From Octopus vulgaris (Eukaryota): a DNA stretch of 64,000 bases. Location: NCBI GenBank assembly GCA_951406725.2, contig CATOCA020000014.1, forward strand, positions 1 to 64,000, written 5' to 3'. Positions 19,350-33,009 of the stretch are shown in pieces (positions within the stretch are counted from its first letter, which is position 1; every line of letters begins with the position of its first letter). The notes beneath the pieces were generated by a model. It made no database searches. It was not told the origin of the DNA and saw only the letters and a program-made list of their open reading frames with translations. The translations under genes and the position numbers were made by a program.

Positions 19350-20820
19350 CAGGGCTGGTTATCCATATTGACAATAGCTTAGTAGATAAAGCAATTAAGG
19401 ATACTTAAGGTCATAGCTCAATTAATTAGAAAGAGAGTTAGCCTAGATGACATGCAGCTTGGTTCTGTGACAGGAAGAAACATTACTTGTACTATCTTTC
19501 TGGTGAGGCAACTGCAAGAGAAGTATTCAGCCAAATATAAATATCTGTATTTAGCTTTTGTTGACATGGAGAAAGCCTTTGACAGGATCCCCCACACCCT
19601 TATCTGGTGGGCAATGCAGAAGCTAAGGATAGATGAGTGATAGGTGAGAGCTGTACAAGCCATGTACATGGATGCTGTCAGTAAGGTGAAAGTCAGCAAC
19701 GAGTATAGCAAGGAATTGCTGTACAGGTAGGAGTTCACCAAGGAGCAGTTTTCAGCACTCCCTTGTTTATCATAGTCCTCCAAGCCAAAATGTTAATTTT
19801 GTAAAACCCAAAGTCCTAGTAAGTAGGAAATCAGACAAATTGCTGATCCCTTCAGGGAGATGGCCATACTTGATATGTAGAAAAGGAAGATGATTGAAAC
19901 TTCATACAGTGTACCTAGCACAAGCTATGGATTATATAAGAGGTGCAACAGTATCACAGGAAGGTTAACAGAAAGTAATTTTTGTGTGTGGCAGATGTGC
20001 AGGTACATTAAACACTAGGAATGTACAGAAAACAGACTCCATCAAATGTTTGGGAGTGTCCTTAAAAGTAGTAGATAGTTTCCATTACTTAAGTGACCAA
20101 GTTAGCAACTAGAATAAGAACAGGCTGAGCAAAGTGAAGAGAGCTAATACTTTTGTTGGTAATAAAGAGCTTCTCTCTCAAAGTGAAAAGCAGATTGTGT
20201 GATGCCTGTGTATGAACAACTGTGTTACATTGCAGTGAGAAACAGGATGTGACTACTGAGGACATGTGAAAGCTTGAAAGAAATGCAGCCAGCATGCTCT
20301 GCCGGATGGGTAATGTCAGTGTGCATCAGTTGTAGTGTGCAAGAGAGACAAGACTATACTGGAACGGGTAGACCCAGGAAAACATGGGACAAAATGGTAA
20401 GAAAGGATCTTCAGACATTTGGGCTTCACAGAGGAAATGATAGGGGATCAAGGTGTTAGGTAGTTTGCTGTGCTTGTGAAGACACATCAAGCTAGGTAAG
20501 ATCATGGCCATCCATACATACAGGTATGTTTTCTACATCCCTGTCTCAGAGCTGAGAGATCCTAGTCTTGCAGGCTTGTAGATGCTGGGATCACATAAAA
20601 GCACTTCTGCCAGTGCCACATAAAAATGTCCATACTAGTATTCACTTTAAAGCAGCCATGTTAAAAGCATTCAGTCCACTCTGCAAAGTGGTTGGCATTA
20701 GGAAGGGCATATAAGCCTAGAAACCATGCGAGGAGCTCAGGTAGCGCTCCAGCTGGCCAACTCCAGTCAAATCATCCAGTCTATGTCAACATGGAGAACT
20801 GATGTTTAATGATGATGATA
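19350..20820 (+). mobile_element. Degenerate, internally deleted RTE LINE
   Basis: IFLVRQLQEKY..FVDMEKAFDRIP, a PHD remnant, GRPRKTWD and a (GAT)n tail near 20810. Confidence 0.85.
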
Positions 20821-21031
20821 TATATACAACAAACACACACACAGCAAATGATAGACAGAAAATGGAATATACAAGAAACTTTATTGCTCACAATATATAT
20901 ATATATGTCATCACACACACAAACACATGCAAATATGAATAGATACATTGCATGGTGGTTGTGGTAACAGATTGGTAAGATTCGTTGAAACAATACACCC
21001 GAGTGTATTCATATGCATGTGAAGAACTTAC

Positions 21032-21130
21032 CTTTGTAACGTCTAAGTATTGCACGTTGAACAACAGCTTTACAGACAGCACTGTTACCAGTATTCAGCT
21101 CAATGGCTTTATCTAGATCCTCTAAAGCCC
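21032..21130 (-). CDS. TTC36: TTC36 coding exon 3 (99 bp)
   Basis: ttttag|GG GCT TTA...AAA G|gtaagt encodes (G)ALEDLDKAIELNTGNSAVCKAVVQRAILRRYK. This matches vertebrate TTC36 GALEDLERAVELSGG..SFVQRGLLARLQG. Phase agrees with exon 2. Confidence 0.88.
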
Positions 21131-21182
21131 CTAAAAGATAAAGACAGAGTGCGTATGTTTTGTTCAGTTAATGCAACCATAT

Positions 21183-21254
21183 AGTCAAACCGTCCAACCC
21201 ATGCTAGCATGGAAAGCGGACGTTAATCAATGATGATGATGATGATGATGATGA
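21183..21254 (+). mobile_element. Very short, 5'-truncated RTE 3' terminus in TTC36 intron 2
   Basis: gtcaaaccgtccaacccatgctagcatggaaagcggacgttaa plus (gat)n, nearly identical to 13078-13146. Confidence 0.8.
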
Positions 21255-21421
21255 TACAATGCAGGGAGCAATGAAAAAAAAAGGGGTTGTCTAGAAATAG
21301 TGTGTGCGTGTGAACATGTGCATGCACGAGCATGAATGCATGTATGTGTGTATCTATGTATAATAATTTACACACATCAACTTCCTATATTTCAGGAGTA
21401 AACAACTAAATTCAGGTTTAC

Positions 21422-21610
21422 CTTGTATATCACCCTTCAAACGGAGTGCTTGGGCTCGATTATTATAACCAGAAGACAATTGCGGAGCAAGTTGTATAGC
21501 CTGAGTAAACATGTGAATTGAAGAATCTAGGTTTCCATCTTCAGCTTCCTGAACTCCTCGAACCTCCCAAGACTTAGCTTCTTGCTCAAAAGCAGTCAAT
21601 ATTTTAGGTT
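21422..21610 (-). CDS. TTC36: TTC36 coding exon 2 (189 bp), TPR motifs
   Basis: tttcag|AA CCT...CAA G|gtaaac encodes AKSWEVRGVQEAEDGNLDSSIHMFTQAIQLAPQLSSGYNNRAQALRLKGD, containing the TTC36 signature YNNRAQAxRLxGD. Confidence 0.92.
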
Positions 21611-22085
21611 CTGAAAAATAAAATATCAATATACCACTGTTTTCCTGATTATTATTATTATTGTAATTATTTCACAACAGTAGAAACAGAAACACAAACA
21701 ATTAGCTGAATTAATTGCATCTTACAATTCCTGGAGTCGGATGATATTAACTGACTTTCGGTTAGATTATTTTTTATTTTGTTTCACACATTCAACCACA
21801 AGTTTTTGTGGCAAATAAAAGATATATGTTGGGGGAAGTTGGGTTTAGTAGCTAAGTGATAAGACCTTTGAATGACAAAAGAGAGCTGAAGAAAAGGAAA
21901 TAAGTAGCAAAAAGTAAGGAAATATTAGATATTTTGAATATCACTGCAGCTGCTTCTGGATGGGGATGCATTAGCTAAAGGTACCAGAATAGCTAGAGAG
22001 TAGTGGCGTTAGCTGTTATATTAGGGTTATGAAGGAGTTTCACGTTGATGGCATCATATATATGTGTTATTGAATGTGTTGACAT

Positions 22086-22914
22086 TAAGATGCATTCCAG
22101 AAGTTTTGAGACCTTTATTAGTGTCAAAGTACAAAATATCCTTCAAATTAGGATTCACTGACTCCAATGCATTTGTTGTAACACTCCAACCACTTCATGA
22201 AGACCCCCTTGGAAGTCTTCCAAGGTGAAGGTGTCCAGGACCCTTGTTACAGCCTCCTTCATCTTTTCAATTCTTCAAAACCACTACCCAAGAGGTTCTC
22301 CTTTAGCTGGGGGAACAGTCGAAAGCAGAGAGCAAGGTCTGGACTGTAGGGATGGTGAGAGACAGTGTTTGTCAGGATAGAACTGTGGACTGGCATTTTT
22401 CCTTGTATAGGTGCTCTGACCTTTTGAGACAAAATCTCTTCCTGAACACACTAAAAGCCTTCACAAGGAACTCTTTGTTAACTATGTAGCTAGAGGGAAT
22501 CCTGTGGCTGTAGATGATGCCCTTGCAGGATCATCATGAGCTTCCTGGTAGACTTGCTTTACCTGCCCTCTTGTGCCAGCAAAAAACAGATGCTCAAGTC
22601 ATATGAGCAGTCTGGACCATTTCAGAAGTTTCTGTAGTGTTTTTTTCCAGTTTAACAAAACTTTATTACATAGTGAGCTTCCCAAATTGTCTTCATGTCC
22701 TGATAGCATTTTGCAAAATAGTTAGCTGTAACAAGCAATGTTTAGTAAGATGCTTTCAAAGTGTTGTTACAGCCATCTCCTTTAATCTGAAATAACAAAA
22801 GTTGACAAGTCAGCTTATTAGTTGTATAGTAACGATGTGCTAAAGTCACAATAATCTAGGGTAGTTATAACTGCCTCTCCTAAAAAGTTTCAAAATTTCT
22901 GGAATACACTTTGT
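22086..22914 (-). mobile_element. Degenerate mariner (Tc1/mariner) element
   Basis: Imperfect TIRs (aagatgcattccagaagttttga ... tcaaaatttctggaatacactt). The minus strand near 22305-22360 gives HHPYSPDLA..FPQLK, the mariner YSPDLAP motif. Confidence 0.72.
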
Positions 22915-23329
22915 ACATATTGTTTAACAACAGGTGAACACTGATTGAGCAGACCTATGAGTAAAAGCACTCCAACCATGACCATCCTGTCTAATTATTT
23001 TCTGCAAAAATAGTGCATCTAGTAGTGTATTATCTAATATATCCATTTTTAATAGTGACTGTAGAACTAAAAAACGAAAGATAACTTTAAAATGTTTGAT
23101 TATATTTTCTGATAATGTCCCAGAATGAACTGCTGTTTTATCATAAGTTTTGTAAATAAAAGACAAACAGCTGTGACTTTACATAATCTCCACTGATAAC
23201 AGAAAAACTTTCATGCCTTATAGATTTCATTTAAAAGTAAATTCATTATAATTGCATCATAATCAATTATGTATATACATATGTTTGCATGTATGTTCTT
23301 ATTTAGTTTTATTTCTAGATTTCTTATCA

Positions 23330-24825
23330 ATGAAGGAAAAAAACCAATTTCTAACCTAGATCCAAGGCTCTTTCACTGAAATTTTTAACCTCAACAGGGT
23401 ATTCGTGCTTGATTGTGTATATAAGTGGAATATTTGGGGTCAGTGCATCAACAGATTTGTATGCTTTGTTTCATGTTGCATACTTAGATATATGCAGGTG
23501 TATTGAAATGCTTAACTTTCGGAAAGTTTTACCTACTTTCACAATTTCATTGATGCCTGTAATATTTTAATAAGCTTTCTCCTTTAGAATCCTAATTTCT
23601 CAAGATTGGTGTTGAGGCAGTGCTCCAACAGTTATGGGGGGAAATCTGAACTTGTAATCCAGGTAGAGTAGCTATAAATAGCTCAGAAGAGATATTTTTT
23701 ACTTTGTCACTGATCTTTAGTTTTACACTGGACAACTGATTTTCACTAATGTACTTAGTTTCTTTTCTCTGTCTGAAATCAACATGTCTGCTTTATGTTT
23801 GCATTTTCTTGAGGTTTTCACAGGGATATTGCACCAGTACTCTTTCATATTACAGGTGGTATGACCTCTACCATACTATAGGTTCTTATCTCTTTGGCCT
23901 TTTGATTATTCTTCCAACAGATCCCATACAGTTTCTTGGCTACAACATCATGTCTCATTGTGAGATAATAACATGATGAAATTTTGGGATGTATGCTTAT
24001 GATGTGGGTGTTATCTTTAGTGTTAACTCCACTTTATCAATGAATTCACTTCAACACTTGGTGCTTAAAATATGTTGCAAAAGGGATATGACATAAGACT
24101 GAAGAGCAAGTAGTCTGGATTAATGTTAAGCCTCTGCCTCCTCCTTTTCATTTTAGGTTAGAGGTGGTCTACATCACTACTGATGTGAAAATTATTTGTG
24201 CCAGTCAGTACTTGCTGGGTTCTCACATCAATGGCTTGAGTCTCGTCAAGCAACCAATCAAGTGCTCCAAATGTTGGTATGAGCACCGGTGCTGCAAACA
24301 CATTGTGGACCGCTGTTCTATTGAACACAGAAAGTTCCAAGGTTCATAATTTTCTTATCTGGCTGTTACATCCTTTAGTGATGCATTCCTTGTCACAGAT
24401 ATGCTTTCATCTATCCCTAGATACCGGTAACATTCCCCATCAGACTTTGAAGAAACAGTCAAGCCATTGATGAAGATGCTGCTAGTCTGGTTTACAGTTT
24501 AGCCTTATTGCACAACCATATAGAAACAGTCTGGCCAAACTCTAACCTTATAGCCTTTGAGAATGTTGTCACTGGGTCAATGCTCTTTTTCATCTCATGC
24601 ATATACCTGGCATACAGCTTCAAGTCATCTACAAATATAAAGCAGTGTGTAATTTTGATATTTCTGCCTCTATCAACCAATGAGATATCCTTCATACTTG
24701 CCCAATCTGATTGACAAGGGGTTTATGGAAAGTATGAGCAGCATCACAAAGAAAGAGAGAGAAACTGTCTCCTTGAAATATACCTCTGTGATATTGTATT
24801 TTATCAGTTATAATACCATCATTCT
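23330..24825 (-). mobile_element. Degenerate RLE-type (R4/Dong-like) LINE
   Basis: IFQGDS, THCFIFVDDLKLYA and ELSVFN..HNVFAAPVLIPTFG. Boundaries are approximate. Confidence 0.72.
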
Positions 24826-25079
24826 TTGTATTTAACTTCAATTAGGTGGCCTAGGATCAAGTCAGGTCAGCTATGGCTTCTGATTATGCTCCCAGGAACT
24901 TTAGCAAACCGATGGGGAGGGGGACAGGGTCACAGGCTTACTTATAGTTCATCAGTATTGAAACCAGGCACCTATGGCATTAGTTTTGTTTATCAACACT
25001 TGCTTGGCACATCCCCAAATTCCCTTCTTCCCAGTTGCTTGTTCTGTTGTGGTATGTATGAATGTCTCTTCTATTTTTT

Positions 25080-26830
25080 AATTATTATAAATATTCCACT
25101 GAGAAGGGAGCTGGTTTCCAACAAAAATGCAGGACTCCATATTTGGCAATAGTTAACACAGACAAATTCACATTTGGAACTTGAGAAAAGTCTTGCATAT
25201 TTTTACCGTTCCACTCACAGATTGCACTTGTACAAATCTGCCGGTCGATTTCTCTTTCTGAAAATCCCAGTTTATCCAGATTCTCCTTTAAGCATTTACT
25301 AACGAAACCTAGTTCCCCAATTACAATTGGTATGAATAAGAATTCATATTCTGGATATGGATTTTCAAAGAGATATTTATATCTGCAGGGCAGCTAACCT
25401 CTATGACAGAACATACCTTTGTCCCTCTGTCCTAAACAACGATATCTGGCCTGTTATGTTTATATTTGACAGAAGGAATATTCCACCAGTATTCCTTGAG
25501 ATGGTGTTTATGAATGTATACCATAACAGAGGGATTTTCAAAGTTTATTTCAGGACAATTTTTTTTGTGGATGGTATTGTAAATTGTTTTAGTGACAACA
25601 TCGTGCTGCATAGGGAGGTAGTGCCATGACGACATTTTAGGACAGCTGCTAATCACATGTCTTCCACAGAAATGACATAGCCTACACATGCGGTTGCACC
25701 TCGGGATTATAAGAGCGTCACTGTCTCTTTTGATCACCAGGAACTTTGTGGCAATCTTTTGTTCCTGGATTGCAAATGCATAGCCTTCAAAGTGTGGTGT
25801 GATGTAGTGGTCTTGTGTCCAAGAGCGGCTGTGCTTTGTGTCAATTCTACTGTCTTTTTCAAGCTTCCAGGCAACATACCCATGCCTAGTCTTTTTTTTT
25901 TTTGTATGCTGAGTGCTTTCCATCCAGATTTTCTCTGAGGTAAGAGAGCTGTTTTGGGGCTTTATAGATCATCAGGAAGAGAATGCTTCTTGAGCAGCTC
26001 ACTGCCAATTCATACAATGTTGCTTACTTCACTTTTCAGCACTGCATTTATATATTTATTTTTGCTGCTGTTGTTCAGCAGGTGCTGCCTGAGTGATACC
26101 ATACAGCATTTGAAGGCCATCTGCACTGACCTCAGGCCTCTACTACCTCCATTTCTTCTTAGGTAGAGCCTGTCAACAGCACTGTTTCTGTGGAAGTTCC
26201 CAGTTGTCAGGATTTTGTAGGTTTTGATATCAATGGAGTGGATTTCCTCTACAGACCAATCAAGTATCCCAAATGTTGGGATCAGCACTGGTACTGAAAA
26301 TGCATTGTGGGATATTATTTTGTTGTAAGAGGAGAGTTCCAACAGTCATATTTTCCTAAGTTTTGTGTAATATTCTTGGGTCACTTTACCTTTATTCACA
26401 ATGCCTTTGATACATTTTCATCTATGCCAAGGTACTTGTAACATTCTTTATGTGGAATGGGGGAGATAGAGAGACCATTGATGCACAGATTTTGGGTTTG
26501 GGAGACTGACTTTCCTCGTTCTTTAACCAAATATAAACATTTCTTTTGGCTAAATTCCATGACTATATCAGCTGAAAATGTTGTTATTAATTTCAGTTGC
26601 TTTTTGGCATTGTTAACACTTTTAGCATAAATCTTGAGGTTGTCTACAAAAAAATTATGAGTTACATTGATATTTCTAGCAGTTAAAGATCCTAGCATGT
26701 AACCATTTGTTTTCTGCAGTAGGAACGATAATGGATTCAGTGCCAAAATGAAAAGAAGTACAGAAAGACTATCTCCCTGGAATATTTCCTTTGAAATGCT
26801 TATAGTATCTGAAACAATTATTCTATTCTC
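25080..26830 (-). mobile_element. 5'-truncated RLE-type (R4/Dong-like) LINE, RT to 3' end
   Basis: IFQGDSLSVLLFILALNPLS, HNFFVDNLKIYA, YKYLGIDE, RLYLRRNGGSRGL, CRLC..HVISSC and HNRPDIVV, with a TAA-rich tail near 25082. Confidence 0.82.
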
Positions 26831-27345
26831 AGTTGAAGGGTGAGAATTGTTGTCCATGTCTTTGTCTCTCAATAGCAGCAATTAGGATGGTAGGTACTTT
26901 TGCCAGATGAAGGATAGAGTTAAATGCCTTCCTATAGTCAAGCCATACTGTCACAAGGTTTCTACACTGTTTTCTTATTTCAGACAGTACAACTTTGTTT
27001 ATGAAAAGTTATTCGACACATCCCGACACTACCTTCTTTCCACCAACCTGTTTGTTAATCACAATGATGTATGTATGTATGTATGCATGCATGTATAATA
27101 CATAGTCTGTTTTAAACCACATTTGAGAGGACAAAAGAAAATATTATTTACATTTGACAGATATTTGTCCTCATCTTGTTTGTTGTTAATACATAATTCC
27201 TCATTTCTTAAATGTAGAACTTAAAAGAAAATATATTTAGAATTTTAGTGAATGAACACTTAACAGTGCAATGTCTGGTAGTGGGAATACACAAGGATAC
27301 CTGCTGCATAAAACATAGCAAAAACAGATGCTTACATATTTGGCA

Positions 27346-29105
27346 TACTCTCAGGCCCCAAATAATAGGTGGGGTTGGAATAAGCAGGGTGGGTTGGATA
27401 TTTGATTAAATTCTTATAAGCGGGTGGGTTGAAGTAAACGGGGGGTTTGGAAAATCGGTAATTGTATAGTGGTAATTTCAAAATTTTCTACGTTGTCTCC
27501 TTTGATTTTTTAAAACCAGCTATTTACTCTCAGGTCCCAAATAATGGGGGTTGGTGCTGGAATAAGCGGGTGGTTTGGGCATTTGTTTAAATTCATCTGC
27601 ATCGTCTTGGATCGATTATGCGTGGTTATTTTCTTTCGCGTTTAAACTAACTTTTCTAGCATCTTTACTTTCTCTATTTTGTGATATTTTAGTTTCAGTT
27701 CTTTGTTCAAGTGCATATTGTTAACTTGAACAAATCCGCCAATGATGACTAGCACATAACCCCTTTTCCAGAGGGCATCTTTCACCTCCAGCATCAAGCA
27801 CATAAATGACAAAGTTTGCATGTGAAAACATTTTGAATCAGTTTGGAAGGTTTTCAATAGTATAGAGCAGCTGTTTGAATTTATAAAAAAGCTTTAGGAG
27901 ACCATTGATATTTCATTGTAGGCAGAGCATTCAGTAGTGGTGGTCTTTTTCCAGTTCCTTTAAATACAAACTTTGGGATAAGATTGATTTTGGTATCATT
28001 GCTAACCTTGGTGAACACTATATGTTCCCTAGACTAAAGGTATTTTCTTTGACAAACATATTTTAATTTTTGAATGATAGGGTAGCTTTTCCGCTACTTC
28101 CATTCTGTTGCAATAGCATTGATAATTAGGATGATCTACACCAAATTTGTCAAGGAAATAATGACACACACTCCATATTTTCTTCAAATAATCATGAATG
28201 CACTAAACATATTGCTCTTTGGAGATTAAAATGCATTTGTTTGGAAATTTCAGTGATACCCCATGGCCAACCTTTCATCCAGCTTTTCCTCACTTGGTGT
28301 GTCTAAGTGTTGGCAAATTCACACCTCAAAATTTCTCAGCCTGTAATAGGAAAAGAGCTTATGGTAATCTTGCAGCGATGTTTTAACATCCACAAACCTT
28401 TCAGGCGTCTCTCACACCTGATGCTTTTGTTTTACGACCTCTTCCAGTGACTCTGAAACGTTTCATTGGATTTTTTTCAGTGCTGTCAAGTTCACTTTCA
28501 GATATTTCCCATTTAGCTACTTTAACAGCAGAATCAAATAGTCAGTCAGAGTTTTTAACACCAACCAAATTGGAGTAAAACAAACAAACTGCTTTGGCGA
28601 AATATCCGTTGGGATATGGCGTTTCCTTTTAGCATCCCAATGGGTTTTCCCTTTCATTCACTCTAATTCAGAATCATACTCCTCTTTACATTTGTTCACC
28701 ATGATAGCAGGTGCTTGCTTTTCTTCTATAGAATAATTTCCATATGTCACACCACAAAATACTCTTTTCTCTGCCAAGATGTTATGGAAAAATAAAATTA
28801 TTAGTAGATTCTCCAGCTGTTGTATCACTATGAAAAGCTTACAATTATATTTCACTGGAGACAGATTAGCAAGATTTAATAAGGGGGAGGGGAATCTTAA
28901 AAATTAAATAAGCGAGGAGGGGGTGCCAAAAAATCTGAAAAAGGCAAGACTTCCTTTTGTACACCCCAAAAACACCCCTTTTTTCCAGAATCTCCTTACC
29001 CCAAAACGTAGGTTTTTGGCAAAATAATACTAATAATAATTTGCGAGAAAATGAGTTGAGGACGGGAGTACGAGGGAATCTGAAAAATTAATAAGCGGGG
29101 AGGGG
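27346..29105 (-). mobile_element. Degenerate pogo-like (Tc1/mariner superfamily) DNA transposon
   Basis: Minus-strand remnants PKFVFKGTGKR and EVKDALWKRGYVLVIIGGFVQVNNMHLNKELK resemble DDE_1. Repeated taataagcgggg-type terminal motifs at about 27350-27580 and 28870-29105. Confidence 0.55.
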
Positions 29106-29130
29106 ACAAGATATGATATAAAGGTGATTT

Positions 29131-32100
29131 GGTTAAACTAAAGCGTTAAACCCGGTCAAAAAAACAAAAAAAAATGTCTGTAATAGGTGTAAAACAACTT
29201 GCTCTAAACGAATATGACATAAGAAATGCGCACTCACGAAAGGGGAGTAGGGGAGAGGCCTCGGAAATTTCACATCTTCAGTCCACGGCCTTTAAACTAG
29301 GACAAAAATAGTGTAATTGGTGTTGTAGGAAATACGACCGTATGTGGAGGTTGATGATGTAGGTAAGTCACACGGTCGCATTCCTAACGAAATAAGATAA
29401 GCCATAAATACAATTTATACAATGCAGTGCCAACAGAATATAGATGAATTGACGACATGATGTTCCACTGTTTGAGAGAAGAGAAGATTTTATTTACAAT
29501 GGTGTTAATGTTAGAAGGTTGTGAGTGCTAGCAAGTGTGTGTGTGTGTGTGTGCATGCAACACGTGTTTGTGTCTGTGTGTTCGTGTGTGTGACAGATAC
29601 AATAAGGGTGAAAGCGTGTGACATAGTAGGTACAGAGCATAGAGTTAATGATGGAAATTGGTTTACAGTTCATAAGGTACACGATATGTAAGAGTTCAAT
29701 ATCAAGATGTTGTGTCTCGGGCGGAGGCCGGTTGGGCGAATTATTGTCGAGCCGCGGTCGTGGTCTCAATCGACGAGCGGGTTCTCTTAATATAGAATTC
29801 TTCAGATGGACTGTTTCTACTTGGTGAAGGGATTCACTCTAACAGCGTGGTTCTGTGAAGTTGGTGTGTACATGTCTGAAGTGGACGATGGTGATGGCGA
29901 CTTGAAGTTGGTACAATGATGGTGACGACGGCGTCGGAGATAGAAGGCTTTCTGTGGTGAGTGTACATTAGCGTCGTCGTGGGTGATCGTCTGTCGCTGT
30001 GACTGGAACATGTTGAGTAGCTCTGTGGTCAGAGGTTTAGTTGAGTCACTTGTGCTTATTTTTCTCTTGATATAGATATTCTTTCAGATATATATACTGC
30101 AACTGTTTTTCCGTGGTGAGATATTCACACTAACAGCATGAGTTGAATCTGTAGTTATCTTGTGTACAAGTTGAAATCTTCGGAGATGCAGACGATGTTG
30201 GTGATGGCGTTATGTCTGTCGCTTGGTTTACAATAGCGTCTTCATATTATGTTTCGCTTGGTTGTCATCTGCCTTTCGAACCGGAACATGGTTGAGTAAG
30301 CTCTGTGTGGTTTCCGACCAAGACCTTAAAAGGTCTCAAGCCAAAAGACATGAATCGTGAAATGATCAGCCTATTTAAAGAGTTAAGATGGCTCAAATGA
30401 AAAGTCCTATCCGAAAGCCGTGATTGGTCAGTTTACACACTGGCGCGAAGTAAGTAGAGAGACAGACCGTGCTTAGATGCTAACCAATCAAAATAGTGGA
30501 CACAACAACGTTAAACTAGCCAAAGATGTTTGTAATCTCAAACGAGATCATTCTTAATATTTTTCTCAAACAGTGAAGATAGCACTGAAGAAAACAATAT
30601 TGCTACAGTGTAAAACTACTTGTTCTAAACGATTATGAAGAACACACACTCACACATGAATCATAAACTCTGTATTTTGTTGATCCTACAAACGCGTCGG
30701 TGCACACACAGACGATAGACAGATTGTGAGGGTCAGTTAAGAGATCGGTTGTTCGCCCAGGCATTCGTGCCTGTTACTTAAAGCAATACCACGCCAAGTT
30801 CCTCTTTATGGAAAGCATCAAACCTACTGCCAAGAGAATACACGTATTCTTATTGGCAGCAGCAAGTCTTTATCCTGGCCCGAGATAATTTTTTCCTCCA
30901 AACGCAACCCATCTCATTTCTTTATCATCACTGTCGATGGACCACTCAAAGAGATACGTATACATTATCATTTTCGTAACATAATTTCTGTAGTATTTCA
31001 AGATGTTTCTGACACGTATTTTGATTCACATGGCGGAGATCCAACATTTCTTCACTTTTTCCAGAATTTCTTCTCTTTTTTTTTTATGGCGTAACGCTTT
31101 AGTTTAACCTAAATTTTCCACGACTAATGCATTAGTCGTGGAAAATTTGAACATTTCGTATCCGACCTCAATTGATTGGCGATCCTTCTGCTCCGAGGTT
31201 TGTCAGCATTGGGTAGAGAATTACCAGGACCAAATCGGTGGACCAGGAGTTGAAGTAGAGATTAATGAAACAGTTATTGTAAGGAGAAAATACAATCATG
31301 GAAGACTCACAAAAACTATCTGGCTTTTCGGTGGGATAGAGCGAATAGGCAAAAAAAAGTTTTGATACCTCTTTCATCTGAGTGTGGTGAAGAGGAAAAG
31401 CGAGATGCCGCCACACTGATCCCCTTAATTACCCGATATATACGCCAAGGGTCGGTAGTATATAGCGATTTTTGGGCTGCGTATAACTCTCTTGGAAATC
31501 TCGGGTATACCCACTTCCGCAGCAACCACAGTGAAAACTTTGTTGATCCGACAAACACGTCGGTGCACACACAGACGATAGAGAGATTGTGGGGGTCAGT
31601 TAAGAGATCGGTTGTTCGCCCAGGCATTCGTGCCTGTTACTTAAAACAATACCTCCCATCTCGTTTCTTTATCATCACTGTCGATGGACCACTCAAAGAG
31701 GTATGTATACATTATCATTTTCGTAACATAATTTCTGTAGTATTTCAAGAAGTTTCTGACACTTATTTTGATTCACATGGCGGAGATCCAACATTTCTTC
31801 ACTTTTTCCAGAATTTCTTCTCTTTATTTTTTTTTTTTTTGCGAAATATGTACAAAAATACGGAGTTTATGATTCATGTGTGAGTGTGTGTTCTTGATAC
31901 TCGTTTAGAACAAGTAGTTTTACACCAATGACACTATTTTTTCTTAGTTTAAAGGCCGTGGACTGAAGATGTGAAATTTCCGAAGCCTCTCCCCCACCCC
32001 CCTTTCGCGAGCGCGCATTTTCTTCATCATATTCGTTTAGAGCAAGTTGTTTTACACCTATTACGCTGTTTTTGTGCCCGGGTCAGACGCTTTCGGAAAT

Positions 32101-32403
32101 TCCCGATATAAATTTTCCGAGGCCTCTCCCCAACCCCCTTTCGCGAGTGCGCATTTTTTTTGTCATATTCGTTTAGAGCAAGTTGTTTTACACATATTAC
32201 ACTATTTTTTTTTTGTTTTGGTGCCCGGGTCAGCCCCTCAGACGCTTTCGGAAATTCCCGATGTGAATTTTCCGAGGCCTCTCCCCACCCCCCTTTCGCG
32301 TGCGGGCATTTTTTTTTTCATATTCATTCATAGGAAGTTATTTTACACCTATTACACACATTTTTTTTGTTTTTTTGACCGGGTTTAACGCTTTAGTTTA
32401 ACC
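29131..32403 (+). mobile_element. Composite Merlin (IS1595/ISXO2-like) DNA transposon
   Basis: TIRs ggttaaactaaagcgttaaacccggtcaaaaaaac...gtttttttgaccgggtttaacgctttagtttaacc. Exact 8-bp TSD ggtgattt at 29123-29130 and 32404-32411. Subterminal tandem repeats and a transposase remnant. Confidence 0.92.
31138..31660 (+). pseudogene. Merlin DDE transposase remnant (5'-truncated, frameshift near 31355, first catalytic D changed to N)
   Basis: IGGPGVEVEINET..RKYNHGR..WLFGGIER [fs] RDAATLIPLI..VYSDFWAAY..NHSENFVDP..VHTQTIERLWGSVK are DDE_Tnp_IS1595 motifs. Confidence 0.9.
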
Positions 32404-32759
32404 GGTGATTTGACTGCTATTTCTAGCAGGCTAGCTAACTACGTAGAAGCTACTTTAGTTGCTCGTATGCGTGGTGTATGCATGCTTGAATTTGTATCTG
32501 TATATTGATGGTTTGAAAAGACTCTTCTTTTCACAATACCAATAGTCATGATTTTAGTAATAAAGAGACACAAATGTAAATAGTTGTCGTAAAAGCTGTA
32601 TATCATGAGCTAAGCGAAAAATAAAAACCTCATCTTAGCGGCTCAAAGAATGGGCTTCCATCAACACTGAATTGATTTCCATCAACATGTATGTATTTAC
32701 GTGAATATGTAGAATAGTAAACAAAAGAAACGCTTTCAGAAAAGTTATTTGGAGGTTAC

Positions 32760-32886
32760 CTTCATTCGAGTTAATTATTTCAATATCTTCGGTAGTGTTG
32801 TGCGGATTTTCAGGATTGAAAACTCTATTAAGCACTGCCGTGTCATAGTCGCTGATTGCTACACGGTCGCTTTTCTCTTCATGCAT
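32760..32886 (-). CDS. TTC36: TTC36 coding exon 1 (ATG at 32886; 127 bp)
   Basis: MHEEKSDRVAISDYDTAVLNRVFNPENP matches TTC36 N-terminal DQAVLQAIFNPDTP. The donor GAA G|gtaacc is in phase with exon 2. Confidence 0.85.
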
Positions 32887-33009
32887 AATGGCTTGCAAGC
32901 AAATAAAAATATAATAAACAAAAACCTTCTGATAAGCACGATAATACACAAATCGATTACGAAGATTGTTAACAATGGGGCAGAGCAAGAAGGAGACTTT
33001 CTGAAACGA

